From an uncultured delta proteobacterium (GTDB lineage Bacteria > Desulfobacterota > Syntrophia > Syntrophales > Smithellaceae), in the NCBI GenBank assembly GCA_963812045.1, contig CAWETF010000003.1, positions 40,209-104,208 of the forward strand: a stretch of 64,000 bases of DNA. Direction: 5' to 3'. This document shows positions 17,944 through 27,889 of this stretch, in pieces. The position numbers were made by a program, and so were the translations under genes. Numbering within the stretch: position 1 is the first letter of the stretch; each line of letters opens with the position of its first letter. Under the pieces are notes generated by a model that did not search any database, was not told the DNA's origin, and saw only the letters and a list, made by a program, of their open reading frames with translations.

Positions 17944-19395
17944 TCAGTCCTTAATTCCGGCGATTTCTTTGGCCAGTTTCTTTTTCTGTTCCAAGTTGCC
18001 CTGGCGGGAAATCATGATTCGCTGGGCCTGCGGCGATCCTGCGCCGTGCATGGATTCCGTGCGGTAACCGACCGCGGCCGTGCCCAGAGTAATATTTTCC
18101 ACCAGCCTTAAAATGCGGCAGCGGTCCTCCGTGGGCACCGAGGCGATTCCTTTAAAATATTTTTCGACTATCTTACCGATTTCCGGATGACGCAAATCTT
18201 TTTCCGAGGCCATGGTCACCATCAAACCTCCGGCGATATCTTCGGCCAGTCTGGCGATTTCATAGGGGAACCTGGTGACGTTTTGCTTGCAGACATTGGC
18301 CAGCAACAAATCAATCAGGTAAGTGCCGGAAGCGGTTTTATGTCCCTGCGCCGAGCAGGCAATGCCGCAGGAAAAAAGTGTTTCGTTCAGATGAATCATC
18401 TCAATCAGTTTATCTTTGACGTGAGATGCTTTAGATGCTCCGTTGTAATCGGCGGCCAGAGCGGCCGCGCCGATGAGCACGTCGCCGACGCCGACTTTGC
18501 AGCCGCCATAGCTCTGGCGATGATAACCCGCAAAGCGTTCTACCAGAGCGCCGCTGAATTCGTATTCCCCGCACATCAAAACATTTTCCCATGGGACGAA
18601 TAAATTATCAAAAACCATGAGTGCTTCGTGACCGCCGAACTGCCGGTTGCCGACATCTATTTCACAGCCTTCCAGTTTTCGCGTGTCGCAAGACTGTCTT
18701 CCGTAGATGTAAGAAATGCCATCCGCGTCGGCAGGCGCGACGAAAGAGACGGCGTAATCGGCGTCTTCTTTAGTCATTGCTATTGTCGGCATAACTAAAA
18801 TCCAGTGCGAATTGACGGCGCCTGTCTGATGCGCTTTAGCGCCCCGCACCACAATACCATCCTTCCTTTTTTCCACAACATGCGTGTAAAGGTCGGGGTC
18901 GGCCTGTTTGCTTGGCGGCAGGCCGCGGTCGCCTTTGGGGTCGGTCATCGCGCCGTCAACGACCAGGTCTTCTTTCTGGATCATTTTGAGAAACTTGATA
19001 AAGCGCTCATGATATTTGGTGCCGAGTTTTTTATCCATTTCAAAAGTTACGCTGTCTACGGCATTGATGGCATCCATTCCGACGCATCGTTGAAAACAGG
19101 AACCTGTTTTTTGTCCCAACAGCCGCTGCATTTTTACTTTCTTGACCAGATCTTCAGTGCTTTGATGCAGATGACAAAAGCGGTTTATCTTTTCTCCTGT
19201 CAGATGGGATTTTGCCGTCATCAGATCTTCATGCTCAGGATTTTGAGCCAATGCGTAAGTCATTTTTACGGAATTCATGGATGGTCTGATTATCGGATGA
19301 TCTACCGGATTTTTTACCAGTTCACCCAGCAGATAAACTTTTAAATTCATTTTGCGGAGACTTTCTTCATATTGTTCAGCGGTTTTTAAAGCCAT
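17944..19395 (-). CDS. abfD: 4-hydroxybutyryl-CoA dehydratase / vinylacetyl-CoA delta-isomerase
   Basis: 483 aa with the AbfD-type N-terminus (KTAEQYEESLRKMNLKVYLLGE). C100-x3-C104 (GSCFQRCVG) and a later H-x6-C (HRQSYGGC) match the [4Fe-4S] ligand spacing of Clostridium aminobutyricum AbfD. Confidence 0.85.
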   Translation of the reverse strand: MALKTAEQYEESLRKMNLKVYLLGELVKNPVDHPIIRPSMNSVKMTYALAQNPEHEDLMTAKSHLTGEKINRFCHLHQSTEDLVKKVKMQRLLGQKTGSCFQRCVGMDAINAVDSVTFEMDKKLGTKYHERFIKFLKMIQKEDLVVDGAMTDPKGDRGLPPSKQADPDLYTHVVEKRKDGIVVRGAKAHQTGAVNSHWILVMPTIAMTKEDADYAVSFVAPADADGISYIYGRQSCDTRKLEGCEIDVGNRQFGGHEALMVFDNLFVPWENVLMCGEYEFSGALVERFAGYHRQSYGGCKVGVGDVLIGAAALAADYNGASKASHVKDKLIEMIHLNETLFSCGIACSAQGHKTASGTYLIDLLLANVCKQNVTRFPYEIARLAEDIAGGLMVTMASEKDLRHPEIGKIVEKYFKGIASVPTEDRCRILRLVENITLGTAAVGYRTESMHGAGSPQAQRIMISRQGNLEQKKKLAKEIAGIKD

Positions 19396-19514
19396 TTAGG
19401 AACTCCTCCTTGAATTTTTATTATTGATGTTCACACAATAAAAATAAATTTCTTTAATGTAAACCTAATACTTTGTCAGGCAAATTTCAAGGCCATTCGG
19501 TGGTTATAATGTCC

Positions 19515-19543
19515 TTGACATAAAAGGGGGGACTTCTTATACT
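19515..19543 (+). promoter_or_regulatory. Putative sigma70 promoter for the crotonase/NMO unit (TTGACA-N17-TATACT)
   Basis: TTGACA at 19515-19520, a 17-nt spacer and TATACT at 19538-19543, about 125 nt upstream of ATG 19669. Confidence 0.45.
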
Positions 19544-19668
19544 TCAGCGCCCTGTTTCCGCTTTTTTCATAGTTGAAAATTGTTGTCAGGCAATTGAAAT
19601 AATTAAATATTGCGGCCGTAACGGCCCTCAATAAAATATTCGTAAAAAGGAAAGGAAATAAGAACCAT

Positions 19669-20394
19669 ATGTCTATAATGAATTGGACCAAAGACGAAAC
19701 AGTAGCGATTCTCACCTTGACCAATGGTGAAAACAGGCAAAATCTTGTTTTTTCCAAAACCCTGAATGCCACGCTGGATGAGATCATCGCTGATAAATCA
19801 GTAACGGCCCTGATCATTACTTCCAACGATCCCAAGAATTTTTCCCAGGGCATAGACGTTGATTGGATCATGGGACAAGCGCAGAAAAATGATCATCAGC
19901 CGGTCGTTGATTTTATTAACGAGATGGATGTTGTTTTCAAAAAACTGCTGCTTTATCCGATACCGGTCATAGCGGCAATCAACGGCCATGCCTTCGGTAA
20001 TGGCTCCATATTGTCCTGTGCCTGTGATTTCCGGTTCATGAGATCGGATAAAGGTTTCTTCTGTTTTCCGGAAGTAAATATCGGCATCCCTTTCCGGTGG
20101 GGCATGAACGCTTTTGTCAAAAAGGCTGTTCCTCTGCATATATTGTCGCAGATGCAGTTTAGCGGAAATCGGTATGGCGCGCCGGAGCTGGAAAAGCATA
20201 ACATTATTGTGAAGGCCTGCGCCAATCAGGAAGATCTTATGGCCTCTGCCATCGCCTTTGCTAAGACTTTCCAGAAGAAACGTGGAATCTTCGGTGAATT
20301 AAAACACAGATTGTATGCGGACATTGTCAAAGTGTTGGATTCAGACTATATGCCGCCGACGGCCAAGATAGATTCTCTGGTGATGATGGATTAG
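19669..20394 (+). CDS. Enoyl-CoA hydratase/isomerase (crotonase) family protein
   Basis: The oxyanion-hole region PVIAAINGHAFGNG and overall crotonase-fold length. An AGGAAAGGAAA purine tract precedes the ATG. Confidence 0.8.
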   Translation: MSIMNWTKDETVAILTLTNGENRQNLVFSKTLNATLDEIIADKSVTALIITSNDPKNFSQGIDVDWIMGQAQKNDHQPVVDFINEMDVVFKKLLLYPIPVIAAINGHAFGNGSILSCACDFRFMRSDKGFFCFPEVNIGIPFRWGMNAFVKKAVPLHILSQMQFSGNRYGAPELEKHNIIVKACANQEDLMASAIAFAKTFQKKRGIFGELKHRLYADIVKVLDSDYMPPTAKIDSLVMMD

Positions 20395-20414
20395 AGAATG
20401 TTAACGATTGCAGA

Positions 20415-21422
20415 ATGGAGCAGGTGAAAAAAATGAAAACAGCGATAACTGAAATGTTTGGAATAAAATATCCTATAATCTGCGGAGCCATGATGTGGCT
20501 TTGCAAACCGAAACTTTGCGCGGCCATTTCTAATGCCGGAGGCATGGGAAACCTGACTGCCGGAAATTATTCCTCTGAGGATGAAATGCGTGAAGCCATC
20601 CGGCAGACAAGAAGACTCACCGACAAGCCTTTTATGGTCAATGTGACCATTCTGCCTTCTGTGCACATTACCGCCGAACATCACAGAATGTATTTGCGTG
20701 TTTGCGCTGAAGAAAAAGTTGCCGGTCTGGAAATATCCGGGACACCGCTGGACAAGGCGGTGGGAAAAGAATTTATCGAGCTTTTGAAAAAAGCCGGTGT
20801 GAAAATGTTCCACAAGGTGGGATCGGTACGCCATGCCGTGCATGCCGAGAAGGCCGGCTATGACGGCATTTATGCCGCTGGCATCGAAGAAGGCGGTCAT
20901 CCTCTCAATGATGACGTGACGACAATGGTTCTTACGCCGCGTATTGCCGAAACAGTGAAAATTCCGGTTGTGACTGTCGGCGGTGTTTCCGATGGCCGCA
21001 CTTTTGCGGCGGCCCTTGCTTTGGGCGCTCAGGGAGTGATGATGGCAACACGCTTTGTCGCTTCTCAGGAATGTGAGGTTCATGACAACATTAAACAGGA
21101 ACTTATCCGTCGGCAGGAATATGAGACGGCTCTTATCTGTAAATCTATTGGTCTGCAGGGAAGGGCCATAAAAAATAAGATTGTTGAAGAGGTTTTGGCT
21201 CTGGAAGCAAAAGGCGGCGGATTGGAACAACTCATTCCGCTCATCGCCGGGCAAAGAGTAAAAGAAGCGTGGGAATTCGGCAATGTTGACAACGCTCCCA
21301 TGATGATGGGGCAATCGGTCGGGTTGGTAAAGGATATTCCCACCTGTAAAGAAATTATTGAAAGAATGGTCACGGAAGCCACGGCGGACGTTGAACGCGT
21401 GACGAATATATTAAAGAAGTGA
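20415..21422 (+). CDS. Nitronate monooxygenase / FabK-like FMN-dependent enoyl reductase family protein
   Basis: FGIKYPIICGAMMW...SNAGGMG, GIEEGGH and VGGVSDGR motifs of the NMO (2-nitropropane dioxygenase) TIM-barrel family. Confidence 0.8.
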   Translation: MEQVKKMKTAITEMFGIKYPIICGAMMWLCKPKLCAAISNAGGMGNLTAGNYSSEDEMREAIRQTRRLTDKPFMVNVTILPSVHITAEHHRMYLRVCAEEKVAGLEISGTPLDKAVGKEFIELLKKAGVKMFHKVGSVRHAVHAEKAGYDGIYAAGIEEGGHPLNDDVTTMVLTPRIAETVKIPVVTVGGVSDGRTFAAALALGAQGVMMATRFVASQECEVHDNIKQELIRRQEYETALICKSIGLQGRAIKNKIVEEVLALEAKGGGLEQLIPLIAGQRVKEAWEFGNVDNAPMMMGQSVGLVKDIPTCKEIIERMVTEATADVERVTNILKK

Positions 21423-21541
21423 ATGTAAACAGGGAGCGATTAATAATAAAAAGGAATTATAATAATTAAAGCAGCCGCTTGATCCGGTTGGAAATCGAGT
21501 GCCATATTCCTGAGAAAAAATAGATATCCTGTCTAAACACT

Positions 21542-22645
21542 ATGTATGATTTTGTTGTAGTTGGCGCTGGTTTATTTGGAGCCGTATTCGCCCACGAAGT
21601 AAAGAAAGCCGGCAGAAAAGTTCTGGTTATCGAAAAACGCGATCATATCGGCGGTAATTGCTATTCTTACGATGATCCTGAAACCGGTATTAATATCCAC
21701 AAATACGGTCCGCATATTTTTCACACGCCGGACAAACAAATATGGGATTATGTAAATTCATTTGCCGATTTTAATAACTACCGGCATCGTGTGCTCACGA
21801 CCGCCGGCGGGAAAGTTTATTTCCTGCCGATAAATCTGAAAACCATCAATAAATTCTATAATCTGAATTTGACGCCGGACGAAGCCGCAGAATTTTTAAA
21901 ATCGAAAATATCCGTTATTTCCAAACCGGCGAATCTCGAAGAAAAGGCGATCAGCCTTATCGGCCGGGAACTCTACGAGGCTTTTATCAAAAGTTACACA
22001 ATCAAACAATGGAACTGCGATCCCAAAGACCTCCCTGCCGAAGTGATTGCAAGACTTCCTGTGAGAACATCTTCCAATGATGTATATTACGATGATGATT
22101 ATCAGGGTATGCCTGTTGGAGGATACACACCGATTTTTGAAAAAATGTTTAAGGATATACCGGTGGAGATGAAAACGGACTTTTTTGAAAAAAGGGACTA
22201 CTGGAAATCAGTTGCCGCAACGATTGTTTATACAGGTCCTGTTGACCGTTATTTCAATTATAAATGGGGAAAACTCCACTGGAGGTCCTGCCGTTTTGAA
22301 ATACAAAGAATGCCTCTGGATGATTATCAGGGTATCAGCATCATGAACTATGCCGATGCGGAAGTTCCATATACCAGAGTTCTTGAACCCAAACACTTTT
22401 ACAGTGAAGGAATTAATCTGTCCCGCGGCACGGTTGTGATCAAAGAATATCCGTGCGATGATCCGGAAGAGCCGTATTATCCGGTACGCTTGAAAGCAGA
22501 TCGGGAAATGCTGGCGAAGTATCAGGAAGCGCAGAATCGGGAAAAAGATGTTATCTTCGGAGGCAGGCTTGCCGAGTACAAATACTATGACATGTGGCAG
22601 GTAATCTCACAAGCTCTGCGGCAGGCTGAAAAATATCGCGGATAA
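21542..22645 (+). CDS. glf: UDP-galactopyranose mutase
   Basis: YDFVVVGAGLFGAVFA...VLVIEKRDHIGGNCY, GPHIFHT, YTxKQW, and C-terminal GRLAEYKYYDM are all characteristic of Glf. Confidence 0.9.
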   Translation: MYDFVVVGAGLFGAVFAHEVKKAGRKVLVIEKRDHIGGNCYSYDDPETGINIHKYGPHIFHTPDKQIWDYVNSFADFNNYRHRVLTTAGGKVYFLPINLKTINKFYNLNLTPDEAAEFLKSKISVISKPANLEEKAISLIGRELYEAFIKSYTIKQWNCDPKDLPAEVIARLPVRTSSNDVYYDDDYQGMPVGGYTPIFEKMFKDIPVEMKTDFFEKRDYWKSVAATIVYTGPVDRYFNYKWGKLHWRSCRFEIQRMPLDDYQGISIMNYADAEVPYTRVLEPKHFYSEGINLSRGTVVIKEYPCDDPEEPYYPVRLKADREMLAKYQEAQNREKDVIFGGRLAEYKYYDMWQVISQALRQAEKYRG

Positions 22646-22682
22646 ATTCTTTTTGAACAAGTGAAGTGATTAACTCGGAACA

Positions 22683-23381
22683 CTAGCTGCGGGCAGTTAC
22701 CGCAGCTTCGCCATAAATGTGTTTCATGTCCGGAATTTCAGTTGTGTAATAATGAACCCAGATATATGCGTGGTTGAACAATGCAGCACACAGCGCCGCT
22801 GCTGACGCAAACCATAACGCGGGCACCCAGAAAAAGAGAAAACCGCAAGTGTACATACCGTTGCGTGTATAGCGGAAGATTCCTTCGCGCACAAGCGGGA
22901 GCGTTCGATACTTCTCATCAAAATGATCTATGCCGGAGGCGCGCTTCAAACTGAAGTAACGTAACACCGAATAAAGAACATATGCCGACGCGGCAAGCGC
23001 GATGACAGCGGCAATTCGAAGAAGAATGATATTTGCCGCCAGCGTATCACGATTGGCAATCGCCAGAGCGAAAACAGATAATACTCGTAAAGATCCGAGA
23101 ATGAAAAATAACGAGGCATACACCGGATAGCTCAGATCGCCGAATAACCTGTCCAGTAATCGTCCATGCAGTTGAGTCCGCCAGCAAAACCATATGAAGA
23201 CCTGATGCGCGATAGGAAGTGCGATTGCCAACAAAAACCACTGCGAGGCGCTAATGCTCAAGAACTCTCCGGTCTGCATACCGTCGAAATTCCGGGCCAG
23301 CGCCAAAAATGAGATCAGCAGGGCGAGCGCGCCTGCATGAATCCACTGCCGTTCAAAAATCAGTTTCATTTTAGACATCAC
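22683..23381 (-). CDS. Integral-membrane methyltransferase-family protein (ICMT/PEMT-like)
   Basis: Multi-TM protein with the C-terminal motif GIFRYTRNGMYTCGFLFFW, which resembles the RNPMY motif of ICMT/phospholipid methyltransferases. Confidence 0.55.
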   Translation of the reverse strand: MMSKMKLIFERQWIHAGALALLISFLALARNFDGMQTGEFLSISASQWFLLAIALPIAHQVFIWFCWRTQLHGRLLDRLFGDLSYPVYASLFFILGSLRVLSVFALAIANRDTLAANIILLRIAAVIALAASAYVLYSVLRYFSLKRASGIDHFDEKYRTLPLVREGIFRYTRNGMYTCGFLFFWVPALWFASAAALCAALFNHAYIWVHYYTTEIPDMKHIYGEAAVTARS

Positions 23382-23410
23382 AACACTCCTGATTTAAAAC
23401 TTTCCAAAAT

Positions 23411-23448
23411 TTCTATTCGTTATTCCGGCGAAGGACGGAATCTAGGCT
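23411..23448. repeat. Short palindromic extragenic repeat (copy B)
   Basis: TTCTATTCGTTATTCCGGCGAAGGACGGAATCTAGG aligns with 24151-24189 with a 2-nt indel. It contains the hairpin ATTCCG/CGGAAT. Confidence 0.5.
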
Positions 23449-24029
23449 TTGATTCTGCCATTTTTACCGCAAGTAAAAAGAGCGCTACGGCTTATGCGGA
23501 TTTGGGGATATCCCTTGATTAATAACCCAACGTTCTTTGCCATCTCTATCGCGAGCGAAAAATTTTTCCTGGATACATGTATTAACGGTTCGACTAAAAG
23601 AAACAATCCCTGCGGTTTCATCAGATCATGGATTTCTGAAAAGAATTTTTGTTGATCGGGAACCTCATGCGCCATCCAGAAAGCCAAAATGAAATCAGCC
23701 TTTTCATGAAATCCGATGGAATCCGGACCGGCCAGATGTGTTTTGATTCTTTCCGAGAGGCCTTTCTTTTGAGCGCGTCTCATCAGTGCGGAGAGCATTT
23801 TAGGCTGGATGTCGATAGCGGTGACGCGTCCTGTGTGACCGACAAGCTCGGCCAAAGGTATAGTGAAATAACCCATGCCGGGCCCGATATCAATTGCCGT
23901 ATCTCCTTCGTGAACGTAGGGGCTCAGAATTTTAACCGGATCATGAATGAGTTTGCGGATGGGGTTGTCGAACGTAAAACATAACCACCATGGACAAACA
24001 TGTTTTGCTGTTATTAGTTTTTCTATCAT
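23442..24029 (-). CDS. Class I SAM-dependent methyltransferase
   Basis: Motif I is AIDIGPGMGYFT. The downstream acidic residue (AIDIQ) and overall ~195-aa Rossmann MTase layout also fit. Confidence 0.75.
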   Translation of the reverse strand: MIEKLITAKHVCPWWLCFTFDNPIRKLIHDPVKILSPYVHEGDTAIDIGPGMGYFTIPLAELVGHTGRVTAIDIQPKMLSALMRRAQKKGLSERIKTHLAGPDSIGFHEKADFILAFWMAHEVPDQQKFFSEIHDLMKPQGLFLLVEPLIHVSRKNFSLAIEMAKNVGLLIKGYPQIRISRSALFTCGKNGRIKA

Positions 24030-24150
24030 TCAATGCATGTCCTTAATATACTAATATGGTTGGTATAAGAAAGCTTATAAAATATATTATATTTCTCAAA
24101 GAAATGAAATGCTAAAATAGTGTTTATAATTATTAACCGTCTCATAATAT

Positions 24151-24222
24151 TTCTATTCTCGTCATTCCGGCGGAGGCCTGGATCTATGGTTTTCTGGATG
24201 CCGGATCAGGTCAGGCATGATA
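24151..24222. repeat. Short palindromic extragenic repeat (copy C, full two-arm form)
   Basis: TTCTATTCTCGTCATTCCGGCGGAGGCCTGGATC ... CTGGATGCCGGATCAGGTCAGGCATGAT. The second half is an inverted version of the first. Confidence 0.5.
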
Positions 24223-24314
24223 ATAATTATTAAGCTGAAAATATTACTTTGACTAACAAGCGCCTTCTCCTTATACTTACACAAAAAAAGAAACTCTGTA
24301 TATGGAGGATGTTG

Positions 24315-25700
24315 ATGTCGCAGAAACCCATATCGCAAATGTTGACTCGGTTGAGGGCATTCTTTGCCGCGGGAAAAACAAGGGATGTTCAGTTTCGCAT
24401 TGCCCAACTCAAAAAACTCAAAGATGGCATCCGCAAATACGAAGCGGAGATTATTGCCGCTCTTTATAACGACTTTCGCAAACCGCCTTTTGAATCCTAT
24501 GCGACCGAAATCGGGATTCTCTACACTGAAATTGATCACGCTGTCCGCCATATCCGCTCCTGGTCGCGTCCCCGGTGCGTGGCAACACCTATCATTCATT
24601 TTTTATCCCGTAGCCGTATTTATCATGATCCTTACGGCGTTGTCCTGATTATCAGCCCCTGGAATTATCCCTTCCAGTTGACTATCGCGCCGCTGATCGG
24701 CGCTATTGCCGCGGGTAATTGCGTCCTCATCAAGCCCTCCGAGTTTTCTCCTGCGACATCGGCTCTTATAGCAAAGATGATCGCTGAATTATTCGATCCC
24801 GATTATATGGCCGTTTTCCAAGGTGAAGCGGAAGCGACACAGCAGATTCTGGCAGAAAAATTCGACTATATCTTCTTCACGGGAAGTACGACCGTCGGCC
24901 GGATTATCATGACCGCTGCCGCCCGACATCTCACACCGGTGACGCTGGAATTGGGAGGGAAAAGCCCTTGCATTGTCGATCAGGATGCCCGTCTGGATCA
25001 TGGGATTAAAAGAATCGCCTGGGGGAAATTTTTGAATGCCGGACAGACCTGTATCGCTCCGGATTATGTTCTGATCCACCGGAAAATAAAGGAAGCATTT
25101 GTTGAGGAGATGATCCGGACAATCCATACATTTTATGGCGAAGACCCGATGGAGAGTCCCGATTATGCCAGAATCATCAACGAGCGGCATTTTAACCGTC
25201 TCCTTCATCTTATGGAAAAGGGGCGAATTCTCTCCGGCGGCAATAACCGGAGAAAAGACCTCTATGTCGCGCCAACGCTTATTGATCAGGTTTCTCCAGA
25301 TGATCCGGTGATGCAGGAAGAAATCTTCGGTCCCATTCTTCCCCTGATTGAATATGATGACATTAACGAGGCGATTGCCTTTGTGAATCAGAGGCCGCGC
25401 CCGCTGGCGCTTTATTGTTTTTCTGAAAGCAAGGTAATCCAGGACAGGGTTCTTCGGGAAACATCTTCGGGAGGCGGTTGTATCAATGACACCATCTCTC
25501 ATATCGGCAGTCAGGAACTTCCCTTCGGCGGTATCGGGGAAAGCGGCATGGGCGGCTATCATGGAAAGGCAAGTTTCGACACTTTCACTCATCAGCGGGG
25601 ATTACTATTTCGTTCAAATTTATTGGATATGCCGTTGCGTTATCCACCTTACCGTGGCAGAGTATCTTTATTGAAAGTATTGTTCCGTATTATCCGATAG
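24315..25700 (+). CDS. NAD(P)+-dependent aldehyde dehydrogenase (class-3-like)
   Basis: FTGSTxVGR, ELGGKSP, catalytic-Cys context NAGQTCIAPDY and EEIFGPILP. Start chosen at the ATG after the GGAGGA RBS. Confidence 0.9.
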   Translation: MSQKPISQMLTRLRAFFAAGKTRDVQFRIAQLKKLKDGIRKYEAEIIAALYNDFRKPPFESYATEIGILYTEIDHAVRHIRSWSRPRCVATPIIHFLSRSRIYHDPYGVVLIISPWNYPFQLTIAPLIGAIAAGNCVLIKPSEFSPATSALIAKMIAELFDPDYMAVFQGEAEATQQILAEKFDYIFFTGSTTVGRIIMTAAARHLTPVTLELGGKSPCIVDQDARLDHGIKRIAWGKFLNAGQTCIAPDYVLIHRKIKEAFVEEMIRTIHTFYGEDPMESPDYARIINERHFNRLLHLMEKGRILSGGNNRRKDLYVAPTLIDQVSPDDPVMQEEIFGPILPLIEYDDINEAIAFVNQRPRPLALYCFSESKVIQDRVLRETSSGGGCINDTISHIGSQELPFGGIGESGMGGYHGKASFDTFTHQRGLLFRSNLLDMPLRYPPYRGRVSLLKVLFRIIR

Positions 25701-25758
25701 GAACTTTCTGAATGGTAAACAAAATGCAAATATAAAAAAATATTTAAAGAGGTGCGTT

Positions 25759-26229
25759 ATGGCAGAAAAAACAATTATTCAATTAGGCCAGGCGGCCAAA
25801 AGTTTCACTTTGCCGGATCAATTCGGGAATAACTTTGTGCTTTCCAAAATGAAGGGTCGCCGCGTCTTGTTGTCTTTTCATCCTCTCGCGTGGACGCCCG
25901 TCTGTACGCTGCAGATGCAGTCACTGGAGAAGAACAAAAAGGTATTTGACAAGCTCAATACAATTGCTGTGGGTTTGAGCGTGGACAGTGTGCCTTCAAA
26001 ATCAGCCTGGGCCAAAGTGATAAAGATAAAACAGACAAAGCTTCTGGCGGATTTCTGGCCTCACGGAAATGTGGCCAAAAGCCTCGGACTTTTCAGAGAA
26101 AAGGATGGTATTTCACAAAGGGCAAACGTTATTGTCGATGAAGCAGGAAAGGTTTGTTTTGTGAAAGTCTATCCGATATCACAGCTGCCGGATATAGGCG
26201 AGATTATAACTTTTTTAAAAAATGCGTAG
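25759..26229 (+). CDS. Peroxiredoxin (AhpC/TSA, Bcp-like)
   Basis: FxLPDQxG...LSFHPLAWTPVCTxQ peroxidatic Cys motif, ~156 aa. Confidence 0.85.
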   Translation: MAEKTIIQLGQAAKSFTLPDQFGNNFVLSKMKGRRVLLSFHPLAWTPVCTLQMQSLEKNKKVFDKLNTIAVGLSVDSVPSKSAWAKVIKIKQTKLLADFWPHGNVAKSLGLFREKDGISQRANVIVDEAGKVCFVKVYPISQLPDIGEIITFLKNA

Positions 26230-26290
26230 AGGATGTCTTAGAGAATTACTGATATACTTTCAAAAGAAATATAAATAAGGAGTAAAGGTA

Positions 26291-26578
26291 ATGATTACTT
26301 TAATTGCGACATTAAAAGTGAAGGAAGGGAAGATGGAAGAGGCGATCAATGCTCTGAAAGAGATCGTTCCCAAAGTTAAAGCGAGCGAGCCGGGATGCCT
26401 GGAATATATACCGCACACTGTCCGCGGCGATGACAAAACGATTATTTTTTATGAGAAATACAGCGATAAGGACGCCCTGAAACTGCATTCCGCAAATTTA
26501 ATGAAAAACATGGAAAATCTTTTCCCTCTGCTGGAGCCGGGCATGGATGTCAAAACATGTTCCGAGATTATTACTTGA
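26291..26578 (+). CDS. Antibiotic-biosynthesis-monooxygenase (ABM) domain protein
   Basis: 95 aa with the ferredoxin-like ABM pattern (ITLIATLKVKEGK...EPGCLEY...FYEKYSDKDALKLH). An AAGGAG RBS is present. Confidence 0.7.
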   Translation: MITLIATLKVKEGKMEEAINALKEIVPKVKASEPGCLEYIPHTVRGDDKTIIFYEKYSDKDALKLHSANLMKNMENLFPLLEPGMDVKTCSEIIT

Positions 26579-26879
26579 TTTTCTCCCGGGTCGATGTAGT
26601 TTTGTGAAAATTGCTATTCGAATCTCAGGTCATCAATGGGATTGGACGGAGATGCCTTGCAGGCAAGATAGAATCAGAAGAATGTTCCTGCCGGACCGGA
26701 AAAACTAAACACAGGAAAAACCGACAAAGGCGAAACAACTATCGGCCATCCGGCGATGTGTTATGGCCAGAATTACTTTGACACAAAATCAATTGTCATA
26801 TATTCCCATCACCCCGGAATAAAAAATCTGAAGTGATTTCGGGATTGTCACGCCGGATAATAAATTCGGAGGCACGAGA

Positions 26880-27860
26880 GTGAATTCTAGAAAAGCATTG
26901 CGGTATATCTTGGCGTTTGCGGTGGTGGTTGCCGCAGTATATTTTTTCTATCTGCAATTCAAAAGAAACGCGGATGCCATAAGTTCGTTTCATTTTAATA
27001 TCAATCCTTATTATATTTTTATATCAGTTGTTTTCGGAAGTTTCGCTTTGCTTTCCGGACCCATCGTCTGGCGAATTTTTGTGAATAATTATCTCCAAAA
27101 GAAATTGAGTTATTCTGAAGGCTATACTCTTTATTGCACTTCCACGATGTTTAAATATATTCCCGGCAAGGTATGGACTTATGCGGCGCAAATAGCACTG
27201 ATGTCATCGAAAGAAATTTCCAATGCGGCACTGATATATATTAATTTAGCATCTTTTATCTGTCTTTTGTTTGTTTCGGCTGCGTATGCCTTGTATTATT
27301 ATCTTTTTTATTTGCGATTAGTGACATGGGAAAATGCCGTTTTAATATTTATTCTGTTGATTACGCTTGATTCTGTTTTTATCATTTGGAACAATGTAAT
27401 AATAAATTATCTGATTATTCCTCTGAACAACTTATTAAAAATTAAAATACAACCTATAAAAACGAAAAGAATTGTTTTTATACATGCGCAGATAATTTAT
27501 TTTATCATGTATATCCTTTTGGGAACAGGATTATACTTTTTAGCAAAAGGAATAAACATGGAAATACCATTTAACAACATATTTGCTATATTCGCGACTG
27601 CTGCCATAGCGCTGGCATCGGGTTTAATGGCTTTTTTCAGTATGGGTGGGCTTGGTGTCCGGGAAGGCGCGATGTTTTTTATGTTGAAACAGTTCTCCAA
27701 TATTGAGACTGCCTTGATTCTACCGATTGCGGCGCGTTTGCTGATAACCATTGTTGAACTTTTTATGGGAATTGTCGGAATAATTATAGGTATAAAACGC
27801 GGCTATTTCCCGGAACTGACGAAAAGTCAGCAAAAGGAAATAATGGATGGTAACAATTGA
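26880..27860 (+). CDS. Flippase-like membrane protein (lysylphosphatidylglycerol-synthase TM-region / UPF0104 family)
   Basis: Eight or more TM segments and the family motif GGLGVREG near the C-terminus. GTG start after a GGAGG RBS. Confidence 0.65.
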   Translation: MNSRKALRYILAFAVVVAAVYFFYLQFKRNADAISSFHFNINPYYIFISVVFGSFALLSGPIVWRIFVNNYLQKKLSYSEGYTLYCTSTMFKYIPGKVWTYAAQIALMSSKEISNAALIYINLASFICLLFVSAAYALYYYLFYLRLVTWENAVLIFILLITLDSVFIIWNNVIINYLIIPLNNLLKIKIQPIKTKRIVFIHAQIIYFIMYILLGTGLYFLAKGINMEIPFNNIFAIFATAAIALASGLMAFFSMGGLGVREGAMFFMLKQFSNIETALILPIAARLLITIVELFMGIVGIIIGIKRGYFPELTKSQQKEIMDGNN

Positions 27861-27889
27861 TATTTGAATTTAAATGAGAGGATTTTGCT

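Noticed and set aside
20391-21314. 307-aa ORF antisense to the NMO/FabK-like gene
   Set aside because: It has a His/Arg/Phe/Ser-rich low-complexity translation with no RBS or family motif. The opposite strand carries clear NMO motifs. It is a typical antisense shadow ORF.
24789-25592. 267-aa ORF antisense to the aldehyde dehydrogenase gene
   Set aside because: It has no recognisable motifs, and the sense strand has complete ALDH catalytic signatures. It is a shadow ORF.
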